A stretch of DNA of 64,000 nt from Gammaproteobacteria bacterium (lineage in GTDB: Bacteria > Pseudomonadota > Gammaproteobacteria > Chromatiales > Chromatiaceae): positions 56,239-120,238 of the forward strand of contig SACH01000001.1 of the NCBI GenBank assembly GCA_009928645.1, written 5' to 3'. Each line of letters opens with the position of its first letter. Positions within the stretch are counted from its first letter, which is position 1. The notes beneath the pieces were generated by a model. The model ran no database searches. It was not told the DNA's origin and was given only the letters and a program-made list of their open reading frames with translations. Shown piece by piece: positions 10,450 to 19,700 of the stretch. Both the position numbers and the translations under genes were made by a program.

Positions 10450-11456
10450 CGCACCGGGTCCCCTCCCTGGACCCCGTGGCGAGCCTCGCGGGCGCCGAGC
10501 GCTGGGCGCTTTTTCTCGACATCGACGGGACCCTGCTGGAACTGGCGCCCCATCCGGATCGGGTGGTGGTGCCAGCGGAGCTGCCGGGGCGGTTGCGCCG
10601 CCTGTCCCGGGCCTTGGGCGGCGCCCTGGCCCTGGTGAGTGGCCGGCCCCTCGGGGGCATCGATCGCCTCTTTCCCCGCGAACTGGACGCCGTCGGTACC
10701 CATGGCGCCGAGTGGCGGCTGGGCGGCCGGATGTACGGCCTCGCGCGGGCGGACGGTGGGGTGGAGAGGGCTGGTTACGCGGTAGGCGAGGAGCGGGACG
10801 GGCAAAGGCAGACCCAGCGGGAGGCCCAGGGGCAAGTCAGGTTGCCTGGGGCAGCCGGGGAGGGTGAACGCGGCGGGGGAGGGGATTCCGGCGGGGAGGA
10901 TCCGATCAAGGCAGCGGTTGGTCCCCTGGCGATGACCCGCTTGCCACTGGCTGGGCCGGCCAGGGATCTGCTGGCCAGGCTGGAGCGGCTGCCCGGGGTC
11001 TGGCTGGAGGCCAAGCCACTGGGGCTCGCGCTCCACTATCGCCAGGCCCCTGACCAGGGGGTCGTCACCCGCGACCTGATGGAGACCGTCCTGCGGGCCC
11101 TGGGTCCCGCTTACCGGCTCCAGGCCGGGAAGGAGGTGCTGGAGATCCTGCCCGTCCAGGCCAGCAAAGGCGCCGGCATTCGGCGCCTGATGGCGTGCCC
11201 CCCCTACCGGGGCCGCACGCCGGTGTTCGTCGGTGACGACCTGACCGACGAGGATGGCTTCGGCGCCGTGAATGCCCTGGGGGGGATCTCCATCCGGGTC
11301 GGGACGGGGGACGGCACCCAGGCCCGGTATCGCCTGGCGACCCCGGCTGCCCTGCGCGACTGGTTGGAGCGACTGGAGATCCATCTGGCATCAGCATCGT
11401 CACCGGCATCGGCGGACCCGGGAGGCGCGGAATGCGCGGCGGCGTGTCTGTCTTGA
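10446..11456 (+). CDS. otsB: trehalose-6-phosphate phosphatase (HAD-IIB) with an internal low-complexity insertion
   Basis: FLDIDGTLLELAPHPD (motif I), LVSGRP, GTHGAE, ILPVQASKG and VFVGDDLTDEDGF are present. A GTGA start/stop overlap couples it to otsA. Confidence 0.8.
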   Translation: MTHRVPSLDPVASLAGAERWALFLDIDGTLLELAPHPDRVVVPAELPGRLRRLSRALGGALALVSGRPLGGIDRLFPRELDAVGTHGAEWRLGGRMYGLARADGGVERAGYAVGEERDGQRQTQREAQGQVRLPGAAGEGERGGGGDSGGEDPIKAAVGPLAMTRLPLAGPARDLLARLERLPGVWLEAKPLGLALHYRQAPDQGVVTRDLMETVLRALGPAYRLQAGKEVLEILPVQASKGAGIRRLMACPPYRGRTPVFVGDDLTDEDGFGAVNALGGISIRVGTGDGTQARYRLATPAALRDWLERLEIHLASASSPASADPGGAECAAACLS

Positions 11457-11592
11457 TCCCTGATGTTGGCCCCGAGACCTCCGGGCCCTGCCCTGATCCC
11501 TGGTTGCGGGATTTCAGGTGGATGGCCACCCTGGCACCCGGGACCCTTCTCTATCCTTCTCAAAATTGCCTACGCCGCTATAGGAGCATGCC

Positions 11593-13416
11593 ATGACGAC
11601 AGCGGACTATCGGCCCACGCTGGAACTGGGCGCCATTGGTAACGGTACCCTGGCCGCCCTCATCGACACCCGGGCCACCAACCTCTGGTGCTGTTTTCCC
11701 CGGCTGGATGGCGACCCCCTCTTCTGCGCCCTGGTCGGGGGCACCCAGCCCTATCGCCCGCGGGAAGGGGACAAGGGTGGCTATTTCGCCGTGGAACCCG
11801 CCGGGGACCTGGCGGTCAGCCGCCAGCGCTACCAGCTCAACTCCGCCGTGCTGATCACCGAACTGGAGGACGGCGAGGGCAACGTGGCGGAGGTCACCGA
11901 CTTCGCGCCCCGTTTCCACCAATACGACCGCATCTTCCGACCTCCCACCCTGGTGCGGCGCATCGCCCCGGTCAAGGGCCTGCCGCGGCTGCGGCTGCGG
12001 GTGCGCCCGCGGTTTGCCTATGGGCAGGAGGTGCCGCAGCAGACCCTGGGCTCCAATCATGTCCGCTACGCCAGTCACTCCGGCGCGGTGCGCCTGACCA
12101 CCGACGCCCCCCTGGCCTATGTGGTCGAGGAGACCCCCTTCTTCCTCGACCGGCCGCTGCACTTCATCCTCGGCGCCGATGAAAGCCTGACCGCCGGCAT
12201 CGCCGAGACCGCCCGTTCCTTTCTGGAGCGGACCCTCGACCACTGGCATGGCTGGGTGCGCTCCCTGTCCATCCCCTTCGAGTGGCAGGATGAGGTCATC
12301 CGCGCCGCCATCACCCTCAAGCTGTGCAGTTTCGAGGAGACCGGCGCCATCGTCGCCGCCCTCACCACCTCCATTCCCGAGGCCCCGGGGACCGAACGCA
12401 ACTGGGATTATCGCTTCTGCTGGCTGCGGGACGCCTATTTCGTCGTCACCGCCCTCAATCGCCTGGGGACCACCCGCTCCATGGAAGAGTACCTGGGCTA
12501 CATCGCCGATATCGTCGGGGAGAGCGAGAACCGCCGCCTGCGGCCCTGCTATGGCATCACTCGCCGCGCCGATCTCCAGGAGCGCATCGCCCCCGCCCTG
12601 GCGGGCTACCGGGGGATGGGGCCGGTGCGGATCGGCAACCAGGCCCATCTCCAGGTGCAGAACGACGTCTATGGCAGCGTCATCCTTGCCGCCACCCATG
12701 CCTTCTTCGACCGGCGCCTGCCCCTGGCCGGGGACCAAGTCCTGTTCGAGCGCCTGGAGGAACTGGGGCGGTTGGCGGTGGCGGTCTTCGATCAGCCGGA
12801 CGCCGGTCCCTGGGAGCTGCGCAACCTGCCCGCCGTGCATACCTTTTCGGCAGTCATCTGCTGGGCGGGTTGCGACCGGCTGGCCCGCATCGCCACCCGC
12901 CTAGGGCTGGCGGAGCGCGCCTGTCACTGGCGCCGGGAGGCCGATCGCCTGCACGCGGCGATCAGTCATCAGGCCTGGAACCCGGACCTGGGCTGCTTCG
13001 TCGCCACCTTCGGCGGTGATCACCTGGACGCCAGCCTGCTGCTGCTGAGTGAACTGGACTTCCTGGCGGCGGATGACCCGCGCTTCGCCGCCACCGTGGA
13101 GGCCATCGGCACCCAGTTGATGCGCGGCGGCCTGCTGCTGCGCTACAGCGTGGAGGACGACTTTGGCCGGCCGGAGACCGCCTTCACCATCTGTACCTTC
13201 TGGTACATCGAGGCCCTGGCCGCCCTGGGGCGCAAGGAGGAGGCGCGGCGGCTGTTCGCCGCCCTGCTCGCGCGGCGCAACCCCCTGGGTCTGCTTTCCG
13301 AGGACATCCACCCCGAAACCGGTGAGCTGTGGGGCAATTACCCCCAGACCTACTCACTGGTGGGCCTGATCAACTGCGCCATGCGGCTGTCCATCGGCTG
13401 GGAGGAGGCCCTGTGA
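11593..13416 (+). CDS. glycoside hydrolase family 15 (glucoamylase/trehalase-like)
   Basis: 607 aa with the GH15-type layout (N-terminal beta-sandwich then an (alpha/alpha)6 barrel) and motifs NWDYRFCWLRDA, GPWELR and LLSEDIHPETGELWGNYPQTYS. It lies directly after otsAB. Confidence 0.85.
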   Translation: MTTADYRPTLELGAIGNGTLAALIDTRATNLWCCFPRLDGDPLFCALVGGTQPYRPREGDKGGYFAVEPAGDLAVSRQRYQLNSAVLITELEDGEGNVAEVTDFAPRFHQYDRIFRPPTLVRRIAPVKGLPRLRLRVRPRFAYGQEVPQQTLGSNHVRYASHSGAVRLTTDAPLAYVVEETPFFLDRPLHFILGADESLTAGIAETARSFLERTLDHWHGWVRSLSIPFEWQDEVIRAAITLKLCSFEETGAIVAALTTSIPEAPGTERNWDYRFCWLRDAYFVVTALNRLGTTRSMEEYLGYIADIVGESENRRLRPCYGITRRADLQERIAPALAGYRGMGPVRIGNQAHLQVQNDVYGSVILAATHAFFDRRLPLAGDQVLFERLEELGRLAVAVFDQPDAGPWELRNLPAVHTFSAVICWAGCDRLARIATRLGLAERACHWRREADRLHAAISHQAWNPDLGCFVATFGGDHLDASLLLLSELDFLAADDPRFAATVEAIGTQLMRGGLLLRYSVEDDFGRPETAFTICTFWYIEALAALGRKEEARRLFAALLARRNPLGLLSEDIHPETGELWGNYPQTYSLVGLINCAMRLSIGWEEAL

Positions 13417-13571
13417 GCGACGCCGGCGGCTGCCGAGCGCAAGAACGGCGATAAGCATTCCCCCCCCTCTCCCCAACCCTCCCCCACCAGGGGGGAGGGG
13501 CCAAAAGAATCAGCGGCTTGTGCTACCCATGGCAGCCCCGGCGGGAGGCAGGTGGCAACGCTCGCCGGGGC

Positions 13572-14939
13572 TTAGGCCCCCGCGGGTGGGTGACGCTCCC
13601 GATCCGCCGCCGGGTCCTGGTCCGGGGCGGGGAGGAGGCTAATGGTGTCGGCATCCGGGGCGATCCGCGTCGCCAGCACCTTGTCGATGGTCCGGCCATC
13701 CAGGTCGACGATCTCCAGGCGCCAGCCTTCCCAGGTGATGACGTCGGCCAGGGCCGGCAGGCGTCCGGTCAGGAGCATCAACATGCCGCTGAGGGTGTGG
13801 TAGCGGCCCCGTTCCTCGTCCGGCACGCGCTGGAGCCCCAGGCAATCCTTGAGTTCCGGCACGGGGATATGGCCGTCCAGCAGCCAACTGCCGTCCTCCC
13901 GCTGCATCGCCCAGGAGGTTTCCGGGTCGGGGGGGCTGAGCTCGCCGGTGATGGCCTCGATCAGGTCCTGGAGGGTGACGATGCCCATCACCTCGCCGTA
14001 CTCATCGACGACGCAGGCCATGTGCATCGCAGTGAGGCGGAACTTGTCCAGCAGGTCCATGCCGGTGATGGTCTCCGGCACGAAGAGCGGTTCCGCCAGG
14101 ATCTGGTCGGCCAGTTCCCGCTGTTCCCCGCGCACGACCCGGAATAGCCACTGGCGGGCATTGAGGATGCCCAGCAGTTCGCTCCAGTCACCCCGCACCA
14201 CGGGGAAGTAGGCATAGTCCGAGGCCTCGACGCGGGACAGGTTGGTCGCGAAGGATTCCTCCAGGTCGAGGACGACGACGTCGGCGCGGGGCACCATCAG
14301 GGTATTGATCTGGCGGTCATCCAGGCGGAAGACATTGCGCACCATGGTGTGCTCTTGCGTTTCGATGACCCCGGCGCTGGTCCCTTCGGCTAGCAGGGCA
14401 TGGATCTCCTCCTCGGTGACCGGGCTGGTGACCCCTTCCTTGACCCCGAGCAGACGCAAGAGCAGCCGGGTGGAATAGGTCAACAGCAGCACGAAGGGTT
14501 TGGACAGCCTGGCCAGCCGGTCGATGGGTCGGGCCACCAGGCGCGCCAGGGTCTCCGGGTGGGTCTGGCCGATGCGTTTGGGTACCAGTTCGCCGACGAC
14601 GATAGCGAAGTAGGTGATCAGCACCACCACCAGGGCCGTCGCGCCGACATAGCTGTACTCCGGGGACATGCCCAGCGCCTCCAGCCAGCCGGCGAGGGGG
14701 GCAGCCAGGGCCAGCTCGCCAACGATGCCGCTCAGCACGCCGATGGCGGTGATCCCGATCTGGATGGTCGACAGGAAGAAGGTCGGGTCCTCGCCCAACT
14801 TGAGGGCAGCCAGGGCCGCCTTGTCCCCCTCGTCGGCCCGTTTTTGCAGACGGGCCTTGCGGGCCGTGACGAGGGCGATCTCTGACATGGCGAACAGGCC
14901 ATTGAGCAGGATCAGCGCAATCAGAATGATGATTTCCAT
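13572..14939 (-). CDS. DUF21-CBS pair-CorC_HlyC (CNNM/TlyC-family) membrane protein, paralog 1
   Basis: N-terminal DUF21 (MEIIILIALILLNGLFAMSEIALV ... VGELVPKRIG), two CBS-like segments and a C-terminal CorC_HlyC-like domain. I set the start at the internal ATG 14939, which begins directly at the first TM helix. Confidence 0.85.
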   Translation of the reverse strand: MEIIILIALILLNGLFAMSEIALVTARKARLQKRADEGDKAALAALKLGEDPTFFLSTIQIGITAIGVLSGIVGELALAAPLAGWLEALGMSPEYSYVGATALVVVLITYFAIVVGELVPKRIGQTHPETLARLVARPIDRLARLSKPFVLLLTYSTRLLLRLLGVKEGVTSPVTEEEIHALLAEGTSAGVIETQEHTMVRNVFRLDDRQINTLMVPRADVVVLDLEESFATNLSRVEASDYAYFPVVRGDWSELLGILNARQWLFRVVRGEQRELADQILAEPLFVPETITGMDLLDKFRLTAMHMACVVDEYGEVMGIVTLQDLIEAITGELSPPDPETSWAMQREDGSWLLDGHIPVPELKDCLGLQRVPDEERGRYHTLSGMLMLLTGRLPALADVITWEGWRLEIVDLDGRTIDKVLATRIAPDADTISLLPAPDQDPAADRERHPPAGA

Positions 14940-15112
14940 GGGCCTTAGTTTAACGGAGAGAGGCCCCCCTCGCCTCAATCCTGCATGGCGGCAAGCAACC
15001 TCCGTCCCCACCCGTTACGGCCATGCCGCAGGGGGCTGGTCCTCTCATTTTGTCCCGCCAAGCACTGGGCGGGACCGGTGTCGACGCCCGAATCGTCATG
15101 AAGGGGACACCC

Positions 15113-15285
15113 CACCCCGGCAGATGAAAGGCCACGCGGGTGTGTTGCATTAGGCTAACTGCCATGGGGGGCCGCCACCCCCCTGACAAGGAGAATCTTC
15201 GCCGTGACTTTCCCGTTAACACTCATCAGGTGGCGCGCAACATCCCAGAAGATGAAAGGCTCCGCTGGGGTGTGACACGCTAACC
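15113..15285 (-). promoter_or_regulatory. duplicated ~36-40 nt conserved motif, each copy foldable into a hairpin, between CNNM paralogs 2 and 1
   Basis: Plus-strand copies are AGATGAAAGGCCACGCGGGTGTGTTGCATTAGGCTAAC (15122-15159) and AGATGAAAGGCTCCGCTGGGGTGTGACACGCTAAC (15250-15284). Each AGATGAAAGGC core is flanked by a different 5-bp inverted repeat (CACCC/GGGTG and CCCAG/CTGGG). Confidence 0.35.
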
Positions 15286-15289
15286 GCCT

Positions 15290-16534
15290 TCAGGCCTCCG
15301 CCCAGCGAATCCGCACCTCCTCGATGACGCGGGGGGTGGCACGGTGGACGCTCAGGGTGACCTTGCCGGCCTCGATCTGGGTGCCTTGGGGCGGAATGCG
15401 GCCGGTGCGGTGCAGGATATAGCCGGCGATGGTGGAGTACTCTGCCGAGGACAAGTCGATGCCCAGGGTCTCGGCGATGTCCGTCAACTCAGTACGGCCG
15501 CTGGTAAGGTAGTCGCGCTCATCGAGCTTCTGGAAGCGGCTCTGGACCGGTTCCTTGGCGTCGTACTCGTCGCTCAAGTCCTCCACCACCTCCTCGACGA
15601 TGTCCTCGACGGTGACGATGCCCTCGGCAGCGCCGAACTCATCAACCACCACCGCCACCACTTCGCTGGCCTGGCGGAACTGGACCAACAGATCCTGAAC
15701 GCTCTTGGTCGCCGGGACATAGAGGGCCTCGCGGATGAAGGCCGTGATCGGCTGGTCATCGGGCTCGCCCAGCAGATCGAGGACGTAGAGCATGCCAACG
15801 ATCTGGTCGACGCGTTCCTCGAACACGGGCAGGCGGGCGTGGGAGGTCTCGATGGCCAGGCGCCGGGCCTCGCCGCAGGTCGCCTCCTTATCAATGACCG
15901 TGATCTCGATCAAGGGTCGCATGCTGTCCGCGACCCGGGTCTCGGTGAAGTTGAACAGGCGCTGGATCATCTCCTTCTCCACCGGCTGGATGTCGCCATC
16001 GCTGGTGGCGGGCATCTTCAGCATGGTGACGATCTCCTCGCGCATGGTGAAGGGATTGCGCTCGGTGCCGCCCACCAGCTTGGCCAGGAGCTTGGTGACC
16101 AGGCTGAAGAAGATCAGGATGGGCCAGAAGAGGAGGGAGAAGAAGCGCAGGGCGAAAATGACGATGGGCGTGAGGCTGTCGGCGCGCTGCTGGAAGACGC
16201 TCTTGGGCACGATCTCGCCGAAGACCCAGATCAGGGGCGCCGCCAGTACCACCGCCAGCCAACTGCCCTGATCCCCGAAGAGGTGGATCATGAGGGCCGT
16301 GACCATGGTGGTGTTGGTGACCACGGCGATGTTGGTGCCCACCAGGGTGGTGGAGAGCAGCCACTCGGGATTCTTCAGCATGGCCAGGGCCAGCTTGGCG
16401 CCCTTGGAGCCCTTGGCAGCATCGTGGCGCAGTTTGATCTGGTCCGCGCTGACCACGCCGATCTCCGAGCCGGAGAAGAAGCCTTCCAGCAGCAGGCACA
16501 GGGCGATGATGAGCAAGGTGGTGACGATATCCAT
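15290..16534 (-). CDS. DUF21-CBS pair-CorC_HlyC (CNNM/TlyC-family) membrane protein, paralog 2
   Basis: 414 aa. Motifs include FFSGSEIGVVS, FGEIVPKSVF, a CBS pair (ITVIDKEAT... / VVVDEFGAAEGIVTVEDIVEEVV) and a CorC_HlyC tail. Confidence 0.85.
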   Translation of the reverse strand: MDIVTTLLIIALCLLLEGFFSGSEIGVVSADQIKLRHDAAKGSKGAKLALAMLKNPEWLLSTTLVGTNIAVVTNTTMVTALMIHLFGDQGSWLAVVLAAPLIWVFGEIVPKSVFQQRADSLTPIVIFALRFFSLLFWPILIFFSLVTKLLAKLVGGTERNPFTMREEIVTMLKMPATSDGDIQPVEKEMIQRLFNFTETRVADSMRPLIEITVIDKEATCGEARRLAIETSHARLPVFEERVDQIVGMLYVLDLLGEPDDQPITAFIREALYVPATKSVQDLLVQFRQASEVVAVVVDEFGAAEGIVTVEDIVEEVVEDLSDEYDAKEPVQSRFQKLDERDYLTSGRTELTDIAETLGIDLSSAEYSTIAGYILHRTGRIPPQGTQIEAGKVTLSVHRATPRVIEEVRIRWAEA

Positions 16535-16594
16535 GAGGCCTGAAATCTCGCGCAGTGGGTCGAGGGGTGCCTGGGTTCGGGGGGGGAATCGGGG

Positions 16595-17944
16595 TCAGGC
16601 GTCGGGACGGGGCTGGGAAAGGGTGGGCGGTTCCTCGTTAGGGGTGCGGGCCTCCCTATGCTCCAGGGGATCGGGCTTGGCCCCGGGCAACAGCTCGACC
16701 AGGATCTCGGTGATGCGGTTGGCCTCGATGCGCTGGGCGGTGAAGCGGAAGGGCCAGATCTCGATGCTGGCGCTCTCTTCGGGGAGTTCGCCGAAGTGGT
16801 GCAGCACCAGTCCGCCCAGGGTGCGGACGTCGTCGACCGCAAAGTTGGCATGGAAGCGGCTGTTGAAGTCCTCCAGGGAGGTCGCACCGGGGAGGGCAAA
16901 GCGGTTGTCTGCCAGCTCGTGGAACCAGTCGTCGTCGGCCTCGTCCGATGGCGTGGGGATGTCGCCGAAGATAGCCCCCAGCAGGTCGCCCATGGTGATG
17001 ACCCCGGTGACGCCGCCGTATTCGTCCACCACCAGGGCAAAGGACTTCTTGCGGTGGCGGAAGGTGTCGAACAACTCGGAGGCCGGCTTGGATTCGGGGA
17101 CGAAATAGGGTGGGCGTAGCAGGGTCTCCAGGGTTTCGCGGTCCGGGCCCAGCTCGTTCAGGTCCACCGCCAGGAGATCACGAGCATGGAGGATGCCAAG
17201 GATATTGTCACGGTTCTCCTCGTAGACCGGCATGCGCGACTGGCGGCTCTCGCGGAAGATCGCCAGGATCTCGGCGCCGGTCGCCTCGATGGGGACGAAG
17301 GTGACGTCGGCCCGGGCGGTCATGAGATCGTTGACCCGCTGGCTGCCGAAATCGAAGATCTGGTCGATGTACTGGGCCTCGGCATGGTCCAGGGTGCCCT
17401 CGCCCACGGCCTCCCGCGCCAGGGTGCGGACCATGTCCTCGGTGACGATGTTGCCCTTGGAGCGTTCCTTGCCGACGATGAGGGTGGTGAACCATTCGGA
17501 TACGATGCGCACCACCCAGCGCACGGGGGTGATCAGACGCGCGAATTGGTCGATGGGCCCGCTCTCGAAGGTGGCGAAGGCGACATTGTTGCGGATGGCT
17601 AGGACCTTGGGCGTGATCTCGCCGAACACCAGCAGGATGGGCACCATGACGAACAGGTTGACGAACTTGTTCTCGGCGCCGAAGAGCTGGATCACCATGG
17701 CTGCGGAGATGACGGAGGCCGCGACGTTGACGAACTCATTACCGATGAGGATGGTGACGATAAGGCGGCGGGGCTCGCTGAGCAGGCGCTCGATGAGGTC
17801 GATGCGGCGGTTGCCGTCGACGCGCATCTTCTCCAACTGGAGCTTGTTGAGGGAGAAGAGCGAGGTCTCGGTGCTGGAAAAAAAACCTGAGAACCCCAGC
17901 AGGATGATGAAAACGATCAGTTCGACAACGAATGCGACGTCCAA
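16595..17944 (-). CDS. DUF21-CBS pair-CorC_HlyC (CNNM/TlyC-family) membrane protein, paralog 3
   Basis: 449 aa. Motifs include FFSSTETSLFS, FGEITPKVLA, a CBS pair (LVVDEYGGVTGVITMGDLLGAIFGDI) and a CorC_HlyC tail. It is only 60 nt upstream of paralog 2 on the same strand. Confidence 0.85.
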   Translation of the reverse strand: MDVAFVVELIVFIILLGFSGFFSSTETSLFSLNKLQLEKMRVDGNRRIDLIERLLSEPRRLIVTILIGNEFVNVAASVISAAMVIQLFGAENKFVNLFVMVPILLVFGEITPKVLAIRNNVAFATFESGPIDQFARLITPVRWVVRIVSEWFTTLIVGKERSKGNIVTEDMVRTLAREAVGEGTLDHAEAQYIDQIFDFGSQRVNDLMTARADVTFVPIEATGAEILAIFRESRQSRMPVYEENRDNILGILHARDLLAVDLNELGPDRETLETLLRPPYFVPESKPASELFDTFRHRKKSFALVVDEYGGVTGVITMGDLLGAIFGDIPTPSDEADDDWFHELADNRFALPGATSLEDFNSRFHANFAVDDVRTLGGLVLHHFGELPEESASIEIWPFRFTAQRIEANRITEILVELLPGAKPDPLEHREARTPNEEPPTLSQPRPDA

Positions 17945-18084
17945 GGGACCTCCACGGGTCGTTGAATTAGTGTTCAGTCATGAAACTGTCAAGGTGGCGT
18001 CACGAAACCGTAGCAAAAAAAGTCTGATTCAGCCAGTGGTGCAGTGGGGGGACGCCTTTGAACCTGGAGATTGGAGGGGCCTGG

Positions 18085-18113
18085 AAAAATAAAAAAAGGC
18101 CCCGGGGGGCCCT
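18085..18113 (-). terminator. Rho-independent terminator after CNNM paralog 4
   Basis: The minus strand reads GGCCCCCCGGGGCC followed by TTTTTTTATTTTT, about 25 nt after the stop codon at 18135. Confidence 0.7.
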
Positions 18114-18134
18114 TCCGTAATCCGGGAAGAACGT

Positions 18135-19418
18135 TCAATTCGGTGCCGGCAGGCTGACCATTTCCACCGGTTCGCCCTCCGGCTGGGTGGCGGCGGGCTT
18201 GGTCAAGGCTACCTCGCGGATGTGCCGTTGGGAGGCGTCGCGGATCAGGACCTCGAGACCGTCGAGAAAGAAAGACTCCCCTTTGGCGGGGATGCGGGCG
18301 GTGTGGTTGAGAATCCAGTGACTGACCCGGTCGGTGGGCTTGCCGGGCAGTTCCATGTCGAAGTAGTCCTCGATCACCCGTAGTTCGACCTGACCGGTGA
18401 CCAGGATGCCACCGTCCGGCAGGTTCATGTACTGTTCCGGGGCCTCGTCGCTTTCGTCGTAGATCTCGCCCACCACCTCTTCGATGATGTCCTCCAGGGT
18501 CACCACCCCTTCCAGGTAACCCATGTCGTCCACCACCAGGGCCATGTGCTGTTTGTGCTTGCGCAGCAGGGGCAGGAGGTGGTCGATGGTCTGGTTGGCA
18601 GGGATGAAGGGGGGGTCCCGGCCGATCTCCAGGGCGCTGATGTCCGTCCGGCCGTTGACCAGGGCATCCAGCAGGTCACGGGCGAACAACACCTTGAGGA
18701 TGATGTTGGGGTTCTCCCCATGGAGGGGGATGCGGGAATAGGCCTCGTGGATGATCTCGGTGGTGATGTCACTGAGCGTGCGGCGACCGTCGAGGCTGAA
18801 GACGCGCTGCCGGGAGGTCATCACGTCCCCGGCACGCAGATCATTGAGGCTGAAGACTCGTTCGATCATCTCGCGCTCATCGGCCTCGATGGTGCCCTCT
18901 TCCTCGCCATGCTCCATCATGCTGATCAGTTCCGCCTCGGTGACCAGGGGGTCGGCACTTTCGCCCGTCAAACGATGAATTCGTTTGGTCATCAGGGAGA
19001 AGAGCCACACCAGGGGCCAGATGGCGCGCATGAAGGCATAGATGACCGGCCCCATGACGAGGGAGATGCGCTCGGCAAAATGGGTGGCGAGGGCCTTGGG
19101 GCTGATCTCCCCGAAGATCAGCAGCAGCAGGGTGATGACGCCCACGGCGATACCGGGTCCGAGATGGCCGAACCAGTCGGAAGCGACGACGGTGGCGAGG
19201 GCGGAGGCGCCGACATTGACCAGGTTGTTGCCGATCAGGATGGCGATCAGCATGGAGGCCTGGTCTTTTTTCAGCCGATAGACGGCGGTGGCACCGGGAC
19301 GGCCTTCCCGATAGAGGGCCTGGGCCCGGGCCAGGGAGAGGGAGGTGAGGGCGGTTTCCGAGCCGGAGAAGAGGCCGGAGAGGAGGAGCAGGACGATGAG
19401 GGTCAGTAACTCTTGCAT
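18135..19418 (-). CDS. DUF21-CBS pair-CorC_HlyC (CNNM/TlyC-family) membrane protein, paralog 4
   Basis: 427 aa. Motifs include LFSGSETALTS, FGEISPKALA, a CBS pair (LVVDDMGYLEGVVTLEDIIEEVVGEI) and a CorC_HlyC tail. Confidence 0.85.
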   Translation of the reverse strand: MQELLTLIVLLLLSGLFSGSETALTSLSLARAQALYREGRPGATAVYRLKKDQASMLIAILIGNNLVNVGASALATVVASDWFGHLGPGIAVGVITLLLLIFGEISPKALATHFAERISLVMGPVIYAFMRAIWPLVWLFSLMTKRIHRLTGESADPLVTEAELISMMEHGEEEGTIEADEREMIERVFSLNDLRAGDVMTSRQRVFSLDGRRTLSDITTEIIHEAYSRIPLHGENPNIILKVLFARDLLDALVNGRTDISALEIGRDPPFIPANQTIDHLLPLLRKHKQHMALVVDDMGYLEGVVTLEDIIEEVVGEIYDESDEAPEQYMNLPDGGILVTGQVELRVIEDYFDMELPGKPTDRVSHWILNHTARIPAKGESFFLDGLEVLIRDASQRHIREVALTKPAATQPEGEPVEMVSLPAPN

Positions 19419-19700
19419 CGCAGTGAGAGGGGAGGGCCTCCAGGTTGCCTCGGAACAGTCGAGGTTCGCATTCTATAACGAACTGTCAGCGGCCTTGGCG
19501 CGCAGCGGGTTTTATTTCCGCGTTTTAATTGCGCTGTAACAATTACGTCACCAAGACCCCAGGCTAGAATCCGCCCCCGCCATGATGCTTCACGAACCCG
19601 AATCTGGTAGCTCGGGGGCCAGTCACCAGGCCGGTAACCGCCTGTTCCGCCGGCCGGCTGGCATGGCGGCTACTTTTAAAACCTGATCTGGAGAAACAAC

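Noticed and set aside
13477-13499. Hairpin CCCTCCCCC-ACCAG-GGGGGAGGG between the convergent GH15 and CNNM genes, considered as a bidirectional terminator.
   Set aside because: The stem is real, but no U-tract follows on either strand. I therefore did not list it as a terminator, although it may still act as an RNA 3'-end stabiliser. The same reasoning applies to the GGGGCGGCC-AGGCCGCCCC hairpin after nhaD (about 21136-21158).
15124-15275. Two plus-strand mini-ORFs inside the duplicated motif: MKGHAGVLH (15124-15153) and MKGSAGV (15252-15275).
   Set aside because: Neither has a Shine-Dalgarno sequence. They are on the strand opposite to all neighbouring genes, and the two peptides differ in length and end. 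The conservation is better explained at the nucleotide or RNA level.
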